From: a virus
DNA: 64,000 nt
Virus record (IMG/VR): IMGVR_UViG_3300032331_000527
Span: 32,001-96,000 of that record
Reading direction: 5' to 3' (one strand)
Position numbers and translations under genes: made by a program. Below, piece after piece: positions 10,541 through 20,319 of the stretch (its first letter is position 1; each line of letters starts with the position of its first letter). The notes below the pieces were generated by a model. The model worked only from the letters and a program-made list of their open reading frames with translations, was not told where the DNA came from and searched no databases.

Positions 10541-11631
10541 TATCCACCCAACGCTACTATACGAGCCTCTAGTGCTGATATTTGTGCCAACGCATTATTC
10601 AATGCCGTCGTTAAAATACCAACTGTGTTTGATGTGACAACACCGCCTGTGACATTGACGACAATCAAATCGTTTTCTCTTAGTTCACCAAGTGTTGTCG
10701 TTGATACAGTTGCTATGTTATTTGCTGCACCACCTGATGCTACTGTTCCTGCTTGCCACTTACGAGTTGTTGCATTATAGACGAGGGCTTGGCCTTCGGT
10801 AGCTGTTTTCAAGCTCGCGTAGTCAACGTCATCCAACTTGTGTAGATTAACTTCACCAGAACCAGGTGAGCGTGATATTCCCATCGTTGTTGAATATGCG
10901 AGTCTTGACAAACGATTTTCCGCAGCTGTCAAGAATACTTCCACTTGTTTTTTTAGTGGCGCTATGTCAGGAGCAGGTCCAACTGGTCCTATAGGACCAG
11001 TGTCACCTTTTATACCCTGGGGCCCGTCTTGTCCAGGTATCCCTTGAGCGCCCCTCTCACCGGGGCTGCCGGGATTTCCATCAAGACCTCTTGCTCCGTC
11101 GGAACCTCGTTCACCTCGTTCACCAGCAACACCTGGCTCGCCTCGTTCTCCACGTTCTCCGCGTTCACCAGCAACACCTGGCTCGCCTCGTTCTCCACGT
11201 TGTCCTCGCTCTCCAGGAATACCTGCGATTCCTTGTTCGCCGTCGTTGCCCTTTTCGCCTTTTTCGCCATGTTCTCCCTTTTCTCCACGTTCGCCTTGAA
11301 TTCCTGCAAGACCTTGAATTCCCTGTAGACCAGTTAAACCACGTTCTCCTTGGTCACCTCTTTTGCCTCGTTCGCCAGTATCTCCCTTGAATCCCTGGAT
11401 TCCTTGAGGCCCAGGAGTTAATATGAATTCGTTGAGTATTTTTTCTTCAAGAGATCTACGAACTTCGTTAGCTTCTGATTTGGCGAACTTTTGTGCAACT
11501 GATAGTATTTTAGCTTTATCTAATTCTGATATGAAAGAATGTTCGTTGAAATGGCGTCGCAGTTCATCTGTTTCGGCCTTAGCAAACTTAGGAGCTATGG
11601 AAAGAATCTGAGCCTTTTCTAGTTCTTTCAT
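10540..11631 (-). CDS. Collagen triple-helix (Gly-X-Y) fibre protein
   Basis: About 48 uninterrupted G-X-Y triplets (GPQ..GERGERGEP..GPA). GSGEVNLHKLDDVD motif. Duplicated N-terminal helix. Confidence 0.9.
   Translation of the reverse strand: MKELEKAQILSIAPKFAKAETDELRRHFNEHSFISELDKAKILSVAQKFAKSEANEVRRSLEEKILNEFILTPGPQGIQGFKGDTGERGKRGDQGERGLTGLQGIQGLAGIQGERGEKGEHGEKGEKGNDGEQGIAGIPGERGQRGERGEPGVAGERGERGERGEPGVAGERGERGSDGARGLDGNPGSPGERGAQGIPGQDGPQGIKGDTGPIGPVGPAPDIAPLKKQVEVFLTAAENRLSRLAYSTTMGISRSPGSGEVNLHKLDDVDYASLKTATEGQALVYNATTRKWQAGTVASGGAANNIATVSTTTLGELRENDLIVVNVTGGVVTSNTVGILTTALNNALAQISALEARIVALGG
11117..11201. repeat. 40-bp exact direct repeat (45-bp period) inside the collagen region
   Basis: cgttcaccagcaacacctggctcgcctcgttctccacgtt at 11117 and 11162. 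Confidence 0.85.
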
Positions 11632-11633
11632 TT

Positions 11634-13460
11634 CTATAACACATCCCTGATCTCTTCCGTTTCTTCGATATCTTCTTTAGAGACCTTTTCTATGGCACGA
11701 GTCATGTTTTCAATTAAACGTCTGTCTTCTTCAGAAAGAGGCTTTGGAGTGAACTCTTCTTTCTTAACAGTTCCTTTTTTATCACCTGTTAACTTGATTT
11801 CGATTTTCTGTGCTTTTGGTTTAGCTTCTGCAGCAGGTTTTGCTTCTGGTTTCTTTAACGCAGCAGCTTTAGCTTCCAACTCTTTGCCTTTAATGTCCAT
11901 GTCTTTCATAGCCATTTGCTGTTGAGTCTTTTGCATTTCTTGATCGTGCTGTTGCTGTTGTGCAGCCATTTCATCTTGAGCAGTATCTGGCTCTGCTGCA
12001 ATCTGCGCATCAATTTCACGCATGTCTTCTTCAGACTGACGTAGAACGTTTTTACGAATCCATTCTGTAGAATAGTATTTGCCAGCATATGCGTCAACTA
12101 CGCCTAAAACAGCCAAACGATTGTTGAGCATATCTTGCTCTTTGATTTCAGCATAATAGTTATCACGCTGATAGCTATAGCTGATATCATTCTTCATCTC
12201 TTTCCACTCTTCACGAGTCATTACGCCCGTAAGAAGAAGTTGGATTTCTAGAAGATGATCAAAGAGATGTGAGAAACGATCGCGTAGGCGTTCAATGAAC
12301 TTAGCGAACTTGATTTCGTCACGAGAGATTTCACTACCACGACCAAGTGAGAACTGACCGTCTGGCTCTAAGCGTGAGATAGGAACAGATAGTGACTTAT
12401 AGAGTTTCTTGCGGAAATATTCTACGTCATCCATTTGTCCGAGGTTTTCGCCTCCAGGCAATGTAGTGATTTCAGTTCCGCGCCCACCTTCACGACGGGG
12501 AAGCCAATAGTCTTCCAACATAGTCATGAACTTACGAGCATCTTTGACTGCACCAGTATCTGCATCATAAACAAGACGGTTCTTATGACGAACCATCATA
12601 TCACGCACATACTGTTCAGCTTTTGCTTTTGGTAAGTTACCAACGTCGATATAGAAAATGCGGCGCTCAGGTGCGCGAGCGAGACGATAGATAACTACCG
12701 CGTCTTCAAGCATACGCAACTGATTAAGGGGTTTAATCGCTTTGTGTAAGTGCGAAAGCACCATACGATTACGGGCATCTAGATTTCCGCTATGAACATA
12801 GCAGATAGCATCTTTGGAAATCTTAACGCCTTGTGTCATCGTGCCAGTAGCCATACCAGCAAGATTGTACAAATAATATTCTTCGTATGCAGGAACGATT
12901 AGTTTTGAGTTCTGTCCAACGATAGGAGTACGCTTCATTGGCTGACGAACTTTACGAATACGTCTTGGATCAATGTAACGAAGCTCTTGGATACCCATAC
13001 GAGGGCTCTTATTGTCAATCATAATATGATAGAACAGACGACCATCGATATACCAACGACGGAAGATGTCATATGCCATATTATGAAAATCAAGAAGATC
13101 TAGAACTGTTTTGAATTCTTCTTCGATGCGTCTCTTGACGCTCTCGGGCTGTTTAAGCTTTTCTAAGTCAATAGAAACTGGATCTCTTTCGTCATCTGTG
13201 ATAATAGCTTCGTTAATTACGTCGTCAATCGCAGATTCGCATTCCGGATACATTGACATCTCACGATATCTAGTTACCAGTTCGCCTTCGTTCTTTGATA
13301 CACCTTCTAAGTCGACGTAAGTGCCGTATGCACCGCCAGGCGCTACTTCAAGCGCACCATCGGTATTAGGTGGAGGAGCAAAGGAAGGAACCGAGACTGC
13401 CTTCTTCTCGGTTTCTTCCTCAGTCTTCCCAATACGGAAGCCAAACAATTCGATTGCCAT
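11634..13460 (-). CDS. gp20: Portal vertex protein
   Basis: T4 gp20 motifs YRLARAPERRIFYIDVGNLPKAKAEQY and EDYWLPRREGGRGTEITTLPGG. Confidence 0.97.
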   Translation of the reverse strand: MAIELFGFRIGKTEEETEKKAVSVPSFAPPPNTDGALEVAPGGAYGTYVDLEGVSKNEGELVTRYREMSMYPECESAIDDVINEAIITDDERDPVSIDLEKLKQPESVKRRIEEEFKTVLDLLDFHNMAYDIFRRWYIDGRLFYHIMIDNKSPRMGIQELRYIDPRRIRKVRQPMKRTPIVGQNSKLIVPAYEEYYLYNLAGMATGTMTQGVKISKDAICYVHSGNLDARNRMVLSHLHKAIKPLNQLRMLEDAVVIYRLARAPERRIFYIDVGNLPKAKAEQYVRDMMVRHKNRLVYDADTGAVKDARKFMTMLEDYWLPRREGGRGTEITTLPGGENLGQMDDVEYFRKKLYKSLSVPISRLEPDGQFSLGRGSEISRDEIKFAKFIERLRDRFSHLFDHLLEIQLLLTGVMTREEWKEMKNDISYSYQRDNYYAEIKEQDMLNNRLAVLGVVDAYAGKYYSTEWIRKNVLRQSEEDMREIDAQIAAEPDTAQDEMAAQQQQHDQEMQKTQQQMAMKDMDIKGKELEAKAAALKKPEAKPAAEAKPKAQKIEIKLTGDKKGTVKKEEFTPKPLSEEDRRLIENMTRAIEKVSKEDIEETEEIRDVL

Positions 13461-13503
13461 CTATAATCCTTCAAGTAAGTAATAATATCGAAGAGGCAAT
13501 CAA

Positions 13504-14112
13504 CTAGGTAAGAAGTACCCTATTGTTGACGTCTTTAGCAACGTTCCAGTAATCGTATGCAAATTCAACGGTGAACTCTTCGACAGCGTCTGTGGTTTCC
13601 CAATTCAAATCAATGCTTGAGATATTGATTGGGAAAATGTTTACGAAATCGTATTCGCGAGTTGGAATAGCTGCATCGCCAGCTGAAGTACCGCCAGCAT
13701 AAACACCAGTCTTAGCATAATGACGGACTGTCGCAATAGAACGATAAGAAGCACGTCCAGACTCTGTAATGGCACCTACGTTACGCAGATTGTTGTTGTG
13801 TGAGTTAATGAATGAACTCCACTTCTCGAATGCGTGACGTACCATAAAATCTTCGTCATTTAGAATTGTTACTGTCCAATTCTCAAAGGTTCTATTTCCT
13901 GCCATTTTAATCTTGCGACCGAAGTAGGGCACTTCAATTTGCCCTACTGTAGATGTTGGTAGTTGCGCTGCTTTACATACGAAGCGAAACTGAGCTTCAG
14001 CCGTTGGTTCAGCAAGAGCTGCTGGCAACGTCATGAAGACTTCGAAGAGCGAAGCTCTCGCGCCACCAAGAGGTAGTCCTTGTGAAGCGAAAGTTGACAC
14101 ATTAAAGGGCAT
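13504..14112 (-). CDS. gp19: Tail tube protein
   Basis: FVCKAAQLP..IEVPYFGRKIKMAGNRTFENWTVTILNDEDF..VEEFTVEFAYDYW; lies between gp18 and gp20. Confidence 0.95.
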   Translation of the reverse strand: MPFNVSTFASQGLPLGGARASLFEVFMTLPAALAEPTAEAQFRFVCKAAQLPTSTVGQIEVPYFGRKIKMAGNRTFENWTVTILNDEDFMVRHAFEKWSSFINSHNNNLRNVGAITESGRASYRSIATVRHYAKTGVYAGGTSAGDAAIPTREYDFVNIFPINISSIDLNWETTDAVEEFTVEFAYDYWNVAKDVNNRVLLT

Positions 14113-14139
14113 AGTTTTTATTCTCCCTACTGTTTAAAG

Positions 14140-14147
14140 TATTTATT
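14140..14147 (-). promoter_or_regulatory. T4-type late promoter (AATAAATA)
   Basis: One mismatch to TATAAATA; intergenic, upstream of gp19. Confidence 0.65.
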
Positions 14148-14154
14148 CCGCTTA

Positions 14155-16470
14155 TTAGAACTTACCTACAACTTCAGTGAAATCTACACCGGTACGAACG
14201 GCTACGAAGTTCAGCTGGATGAAGTTGATCGAACGAGCAGGTTTAATATAGATATCGCCGATGAATTCGTTACGATCGATGACTTCTGGTGTGTTATTTG
14301 TTTCGTCGCAAACTACACGGAAATCCGTGATACCACGACGACCCTGAACGTCACGCAGGAACGGCTCAACAAGTGAACGGAACTGAGCGCGAGTGAATGC
14401 ATCGTTAAATTCAAAGAGCGTGTACTTAGCTGCTGTAGCGATAGCCTTTTCAAGAACGATGAACAGACGACGAACGTTGATACGATCGAAAGCTGATGGC
14501 TTCGTTAGAAGAGTCTTATCACCAAAGAGAATTGTACCTTCGCCTGGGAAAGTCACGATTGGATTAATACCACGCTTGTAGAGCTGATCACGATCCGTCT
14601 TATTTGGATTGTAAGCCATTCTAACAACGTTCTTAATCTGCCCACGATTATATCCAGCTGGTGAGTACCAAGGATCGCGATCAATATCAGTACGAACCAT
14701 CGTACCAGCAACGTCGCCGTTACAAGGAATGTTACGGAAAATGTCGTTGTACTTGTCGTATTGAACTTTATATCCAGAATCCAACACACCATAAGATGTT
14801 GATGGTAAGAAGTTACGGAATTCAACGATGTCGTCTACTTCTGATCCTGCATATCCGCTGTTATTAACAACGTCAGCTGAACGAGGTGAGAAGATACCAA
14901 TACAATCTTTACGATATTCACAGATATTGTTTAGAATGTGAATCGCTACGGTTGAAGAAGAAGCACCACCAAGAATCAGTGATACGTCAACATCTTGAGC
15001 AGACTTGAACAGATTGTATCCGTTGATATAGTCGGCTGCACGTGGTGCTCTTCCATCATCGCCTCTTGCAAAAGATACGTTAGATGGCTTAGATTGAGCA
15101 CCAGTTGCTATATTTAAACCAGAAGTGACTGATCTACCAGCAGTAAATCCACCTGTATGACCGTTCCACCAAACCCAACGAGACATCTTGTTGATGTAGT
15201 TCTTGTAGTAGATATCTGTACCGTCTTCGCTCTTGGCATTAACGCACTTGGAAAGATTAGGATACACTTCAAGAATTGTATTAGCAGTTCCTGCGATACC
15301 ACCTTTAAGATCTGCAATAACAACGTGCATTTCATCGCCTGAAGTACCATATTGTGATGCTTCATTGCTAGTGCCTGGAGCAGAAGAGAAGTAATCAAAG
15401 AATTCCCAACGACGAGTAGCACCTTGTGTGGTAGAAGTGTTACCAACATACTTAGACTGGATCGTGAAATAACGACCGTTAGCTGCGATAGAAGCAATCT
15501 TAACTGGAATTTTATCTGGACCAGCAACAATAATGTCGCCTACAGTAAGTTGACTACCTACGTTAGCAGTAGATGTTACAACCGTGCTGTTGTTTGAGAA
15601 TGTCAATACTCCTGTTCCATAAGAACCAGGAGAGAACCATCCATACTTTGTTGAAGTAACAGCTACAGTACCGTTAGAACCAGTAGATGTGCCTTGCGCT
15701 CCAGCTTGAAGTGTTAGCGTTACAGTCCAACCAGTTGTCACGCTTGCAGAAGTGTTTGAAGAAACACGAGCAGTAACTTTTCTTTGCTTTGTTCCATTAA
15801 AAATCAAATAGTCAGTTGTATTAATTTGGCTTATTAGATTAGATGAAGCCACTTTTGATTTAGTGTTAGCTGTGACGCTTGAGATATTTCCGTTAGCAGC
15901 AGTTACAATCGTGAACACTGTTGCAGAAAGACCGGCGCTGTTAGCAGCAGAAAGCGTTGTTCCGCCAAGAGCAAAACCGCGAGTAGCAGTTGTTGATAAA
16001 GTGCTTTCGAATGCATTAGCAGTCAAACATGTAGACGCACGAAGATTGTTACCAAGAAGACCTGGATACTTAGCAATGAAAGAACCTGCTCCAGAAACGC
16101 CAGCAGAAGAATAATTTTCCTGATAATCGTCTTCGTTCTTAACGAGCGGATATATCGATGTATTTGACGAAGAGATAGCATTAACAGCTCTAAGAATATT
16201 ATTCGAACTCTGATTTACGACACGAACAGTGTACAGAGCATTACCGTATGCAAGGAAGTTCGCAGCGGTAAAGAAGTCAACAGCTGTATTGGTAGTTGGG
16301 TGCCAAAATGATTTGACAAGCGTATCTTCGCTATCAACGAGAACACGCTGCCCAACAGGACCCCAGCGCAAATGGCCCGCAAACGCACCAGTTGTAGTGC
16401 TTACGGCAGGAATAATCGTTGTGAGATCGATCTCACTTACATTAACTCCTGGAGAAACTTGGAAACCCAT
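14155..16470 (-). CDS. gp18: Contractile tail sheath protein with large Ser/Thr-rich insertion
   Basis: SPGVNVSEIDLT, PWYSPAGYNRG, FDRINVRRLF, IYIKPARSINFIQLNFVA. Confidence 0.97.
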   Translation of the reverse strand: MGFQVSPGVNVSEIDLTTIIPAVSTTTGAFAGHLRWGPVGQRVLVDSEDTLVKSFWHPTTNTAVDFFTAANFLAYGNALYTVRVVNQSSNNILRAVNAISSSNTSIYPLVKNEDDYQENYSSAGVSGAGSFIAKYPGLLGNNLRASTCLTANAFESTLSTTATRGFALGGTTLSAANSAGLSATVFTIVTAANGNISSVTANTKSKVASSNLISQINTTDYLIFNGTKQRKVTARVSSNTSASVTTGWTVTLTLQAGAQGTSTGSNGTVAVTSTKYGWFSPGSYGTGVLTFSNNSTVVTSTANVGSQLTVGDIIVAGPDKIPVKIASIAANGRYFTIQSKYVGNTSTTQGATRRWEFFDYFSSAPGTSNEASQYGTSGDEMHVVIADLKGGIAGTANTILEVYPNLSKCVNAKSEDGTDIYYKNYINKMSRWVWWNGHTGGFTAGRSVTSGLNIATGAQSKPSNVSFARGDDGRAPRAADYINGYNLFKSAQDVDVSLILGGASSSTVAIHILNNICEYRKDCIGIFSPRSADVVNNSGYAGSEVDDIVEFRNFLPSTSYGVLDSGYKVQYDKYNDIFRNIPCNGDVAGTMVRTDIDRDPWYSPAGYNRGQIKNVVRMAYNPNKTDRDQLYKRGINPIVTFPGEGTILFGDKTLLTKPSAFDRINVRRLFIVLEKAIATAAKYTLFEFNDAFTRAQFRSLVEPFLRDVQGRRGITDFRVVCDETNNTPEVIDRNEFIGDIYIKPARSINFIQLNFVAVRTGVDFTEVVGKF

Positions 16471-16533
16471 CGGACTTATCTCCTTTATAAAAACGAAGTT
16501 GTGTTTTCTTCGCGCCCTAAATTGAACTCGATT

Positions 16534-16541
16534 TATTTATA
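16534..16541 (-). promoter_or_regulatory. T4-type late promoter (TATAAATA)
   Basis: Exact consensus; intergenic, upstream of gp18. Confidence 0.8.
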
Positions 16542-16561
16542 AAAAGCGGGCTTTTATCTAT

Positions 16562-18181
16562 TTAGAAATTCCCAAACCCACTAGATTCACCAAAAGCGTC
16601 TCCGGAATTTTCCATTGATTGAGTGGCTTCACCATCGTCGATGAAACCAGCAGGCAACAAATCGTCGTGAACGTCTTTCATGTTTGCATTTGCTAGATTC
16701 TGTCGAATATCGCTATTCGTTAGATCTTTAAAATATGGCTGAGTAATCAACCATCCAAAAAGCACGAGCGTCATAGCTAAATCGTCGTGACAACCTTCTT
16801 CAGCTTTAAACGTATCTTTATCTTCGATGAACGTCGTCAGCTCTTCGATAGTCTCAAAATCTGTTATCAGTAAACGATCACTTTCGATGATCGTTTTTAA
16901 GTTAGAACACCCAATCTTTTTAACTGATTTCGTTGTACGGATACCAAAGGCTGAACGAATATTGAATCCACCACCAACCTTGATATTTTTGTTTTTCGTG
17001 AACGTAGCAATCACGTTTTCATATTCAAGATCCATAAACAACGAGTTAACTACCTGTTGTCCGATATTATTAGTTTCACCTAACACATACGCATTATTGT
17101 ACCACTTGCAAAACCTGTAAATAATATCAGGAAACATCAAAGGTGTTACTTCTCGACTCCTATATTTAGCTACTTGACGATATGGCAATTGCGATACGTC
17201 GTAGATCGACAAAGCTGAATAATCTTGCCCAACACCTTCGGACACGTCAAACACACATATGTAGGATTTACGAGGATCTGGCTTTTCGTAATAGTCTAGA
17301 CCCCATTTATCTTTGCTAGGAGTAATCCAAGACAACTCACGCAATTTCATTGGATGGATAAGTGTGCTGGACGAACCAATGAACTCGCACTCAAACTCCT
17401 GACGAAATTGCTCTTCGCTGGTGTTAGCGATAGTCTGTTGTCTCCAACTATCATCACGCCCAGGAACTTCGTTCCACATAATTTCAATAGGAACATACTC
17501 GCTACGACCCTCACTAGCATCTGTCCACATCTTGAAGAAGTGATTCATACCAAGAGGCGTAGAAACGATAATAATCTTAGTCGTCTTACCTGATGAAATC
17601 GTAGGATATGTAGAAGCGAAGAACGCATCAGCTAGATTGCGTTGAACGTGGGCAAACTCGTCGAGGAAGATTAGATTGAATGATCCACCGCGGATAGCAC
17701 TGGATGATGTAGCAGCAGCTAGAACCTTAGAACCGTTCTCAAGCTCGATGTTACCTTTATTCCAAGTGACTACGCCTTGCTGCAACCATTTCGGAAGATA
17801 TTCGTACGCAAGCTGGAGTTTAGCTAACAGGTCTCGCGCGAGCGCGCCCTTGTTCGCGAGGATAGCGACATTCTGTTGATCTGTAAACAATACGAGCCAT
17901 AAAATATATGCAACAGATGTCGTAGACTTACCGACCTGACGAGGAAGCTTACAGATAGAAAATCTGTTGTCCGCAAACGTGTGGAGCATCTTCGCTTGGA
18001 AATCCCACATATTAAATGGCATAAGACCAAGATCTACGTTTACGATCTTGACGTAATTACGAGCGAAGTACTCTACGTCCTTAGCGCACTTGATATATTC
18101 GTCAGCTTCGTGTTTGGTGTATTGATGTATGACACCAACAGCTTTGAGGTTGGGATTTCCTAGATACGTTTTGACAGCCAT
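16562..18181 (-). CDS. gp17: Terminase large subunit
   Basis: YLGNPNLK, Walker A LPRQVGKST, Walker B LIFLDEFAH, nuclease motifs DVSEGVGQDYS and HDDLAM. Confidence 0.97.
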   Translation of the reverse strand: MAVKTYLGNPNLKAVGVIHQYTKHEADEYIKCAKDVEYFARNYVKIVNVDLGLMPFNMWDFQAKMLHTFADNRFSICKLPRQVGKSTTSVAYILWLVLFTDQQNVAILANKGALARDLLAKLQLAYEYLPKWLQQGVVTWNKGNIELENGSKVLAAATSSSAIRGGSFNLIFLDEFAHVQRNLADAFFASTYPTISSGKTTKIIIVSTPLGMNHFFKMWTDASEGRSEYVPIEIMWNEVPGRDDSWRQQTIANTSEEQFRQEFECEFIGSSSTLIHPMKLRELSWITPSKDKWGLDYYEKPDPRKSYICVFDVSEGVGQDYSALSIYDVSQLPYRQVAKYRSREVTPLMFPDIIYRFCKWYNNAYVLGETNNIGQQVVNSLFMDLEYENVIATFTKNKNIKVGGGFNIRSAFGIRTTKSVKKIGCSNLKTIIESDRLLITDFETIEELTTFIEDKDTFKAEEGCHDDLAMTLVLFGWLITQPYFKDLTNSDIRQNLANANMKDVHDDLLPAGFIDDGEATQSMENSGDAFGESSGFGNF

Positions 18182-18594
18182 TATTTACGCCCATTAATCA
18201 ATGCTTGTAGCTCCGCTGAAGTTCCCACGAAAATAGCATTCTCCGCTTGAATATTCTGCGAAGCTTTGTGATCATCAGTTTTCTTTAGGTCTTTCAGTTT
18301 CTTTTGAATATCCAATAGATCTTTATTGGCGTCTACCATCGTTTTAATGAGTTGCCCAACAACTTCGAATGCGCGAGGATGCTCAGAAGTTTTTGCAACC
18401 ATGAGAGCTTCGTCTAGCGCATCATTACCTTTGTGAATAATCTGATGAAGATTGTTTCTAACCTTAGCAAAATCGTCATCAATGTCTTCATTAGGATTAA
18501 CTTCGATTGGTGGTAACATTTCAATCATAGGACGAGAATCAGGTAATCCCAGAGCGTTTTCTACGCTTATCTCAAATTTTGTTTTTTCAATCAT
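18181..18594 (-). CDS. gp16: Terminase small subunit
   Basis: DDDFAKVRNNL..SEHPRAFEVVGQLIK..AIFVGTSAELQ. Confidence 0.92.
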   Translation of the reverse strand: MIEKTKFEISVENALGLPDSRPMIEMLPPIEVNPNEDIDDDFAKVRNNLHQIIHKGNDALDEALMVAKTSEHPRAFEVVGQLIKTMVDANKDLLDIQKKLKDLKKTDDHKASQNIQAENAIFVGTSAELQALINGRK

Positions 18595-19481
18595 GATATT
18601 GGTTCATCCGTTCCTGTTTTAGGATTATATTTTTTACCATCTACGAAGAAGAATGAGTTGCTACAGAATCCGTAGTCATCTGTTGCGTTGATTTGATTAT
18701 ATGGAATAGAAGCAGAGCTGTTCGTTGTTGGGCTTCCGTTAGCCAATAATCCTGGCTGAATAACAATACGAGAGCTGCGTCCTGTTCGCGCGACGTCTTC
18801 TAATGTGATCTTTCTGCCGCTGTTTGTATTGGCAGTAACGACACCAAAATCGATCTGTGCACGCTTGATAATTCCCTGACGTTTCGTTGGTCCGTAGAAG
18901 AATCCTTTGACAGTAAAATCAAACGTGTATATTAACGCACGACGATTATTGAAATCACCTTCGTATGTGTCTTCGATAGATACTGTATTCAGAATCGTAG
19001 GCACATCCATAGTGATACTTGTTTGTGGAATAAGACGCACTTGATTAGTCCACTCGGGACCAAAATAAGGCACAATCTGCTCAAGAATCTGTGCGCCATC
19101 GTCTGCGTTGCGCACGTATGCGTATAGATTGAATTGCAAATCATATGGAACTGGATTATAGTTGAAATCTAATTTGTCTTCATCAGTAGTGACTTTGATG
19201 TTACGCCCTGTGCTATTAAGACGACGTTGTCCGTCATAGTTCAGCGTTGTCATTTCAAACGCCATACGCGGAAGCTGAATCGCTACTTGTTGATCTAAAT
19301 CAGGATCTTGAGTCGTACGAACTAGGAACTTTTCCTTTGGACCATAGGCAAGAGGGACTGTAACTGCGCTCACGTTGTTATTAGCCGTATCATAGCGACG
19401 AACAACAATGTCGTTGAACATGTTACCAAACATGATAACATATTTTCTAAGCGACTGATGATAAAACTGTGATCCAAACAT
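18591..19481 (-). CDS. gp15: Tail sheath stabiliser / tail completion protein
   Basis: FYHQSLRKYVIMFGNMFNDI, VPLAYGPKEKF, LPRMAFEM, QILEQIVPYF. Confidence 0.93.
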   Translation of the reverse strand: MFGSQFYHQSLRKYVIMFGNMFNDIVVRRYDTANNNVSAVTVPLAYGPKEKFLVRTTQDPDLDQQVAIQLPRMAFEMTTLNYDGQRRLNSTGRNIKVTTDEDKLDFNYNPVPYDLQFNLYAYVRNADDGAQILEQIVPYFGPEWTNQVRLIPQTSITMDVPTILNTVSIEDTYEGDFNNRRALIYTFDFTVKGFFYGPTKRQGIIKRAQIDFGVVTANTNSGRKITLEDVARTGRSSRIVIQPGLLANGSPTTNSSASIPYNQINATDDYGFCSNSFFFVDGKKYNPKTGTDEPIS

Positions 19482-20317
19482 TAGTATCTATCCACTTCAG
19501 AGAATGGGTTACGTTCGCTGAAGTCGATGTAGTCGAGCGACTTCGTGGTGAAATATTCGTTGTTAGCCAATTTATCTTGGGTCTCGACTCTGTATTCCCA
19601 CAGAATCGATTCGCCGTCTTCATTAAGAATCGAACCAGTTCCGTTTCCACTTTCCAACGTAATTTGATACTGTAGGATATCGTTATTGTAACGAGTACCA
19701 ATAGCGTCGATATCTGTATTGCCTGTAGCAATCGTAGCCAGACGATCTACGAGTTCGCAATTAAGTTCGTATGTGTATAGCTTACCGTGCTGATAAAAGA
19801 CTTGCTCGTTTTCTACGAACTTGATTTCATATAATTTCTTATTCAGAGGAAAGTAAATCCAATCACCTTCGTACGGACGAGAATGTTCCGTTTGATAATC
19901 TTCTGTTCCGCCTGTTTCTAAGCGGAGAGCATTACTATTTCCCCATTCGTTTGTGTTGGCGTTTTCCATCTGAATGTTGTAGCCAACTTCAGTAAGCACT
20001 TTTTCGTTAGATACTTGTTCCCAACGCTTACGAGACATAACGAACGTAATCGAGTCACGGATTTCTAGGTTGAACTTGGAAAGGAAATCGCCTTCACCCT
20101 CGAATCCTTGAGTGTTCTTGATATACATTTCGATGTCAATGGCATCGTTGAACGCAGACGAAGCGTCTTCACCTAATAGAGCATCTGGATTACCAAGAGT
20201 TCGTGGCAAATACTTCACGTCAAGACCATAGATCTTGATTGATTGAATAATCAAATCTTCAGCTAGATCTTGTTGACGTCCGAAAGTAAACGGACGGAAG
20301 TATTTGTTCGTTGCCAT
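19481..20317 (-). CDS. gp14: Neck protein
   Basis: DLIIQSIKIYGLDVKYLPR, GFEGEGDFLSKF, RPYEGDWIYFP, DFSERNPF. Confidence 0.93.
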   Translation of the reverse strand: MATNKYFRPFTFGRQQDLAEDLIIQSIKIYGLDVKYLPRTLGNPDALLGEDASSAFNDAIDIEMYIKNTQGFEGEGDFLSKFNLEIRDSITFVMSRKRWEQVSNEKVLTEVGYNIQMENANTNEWGNSNALRLETGGTEDYQTEHSRPYEGDWIYFPLNKKLYEIKFVENEQVFYQHGKLYTYELNCELVDRLATIATGNTDIDAIGTRYNNDILQYQITLESGNGTGSILNEDGESILWEYRVETQDKLANNEYFTTKSLDYIDFSERNPFSEVDRY

Positions 20318-20319
20318 CG

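Noticed and set aside
16542-16555. AAAAGCGGGCTTTT as a terminator after gp17
   Set aside because: The stem is almost all A-T and too weak to call.
16562-18181. Possible intein or intron in terminase or other core genes
   Set aside because: The ORF is of ordinary length with contiguous motifs; no splicing or homing-endonuclease signatures were seen.
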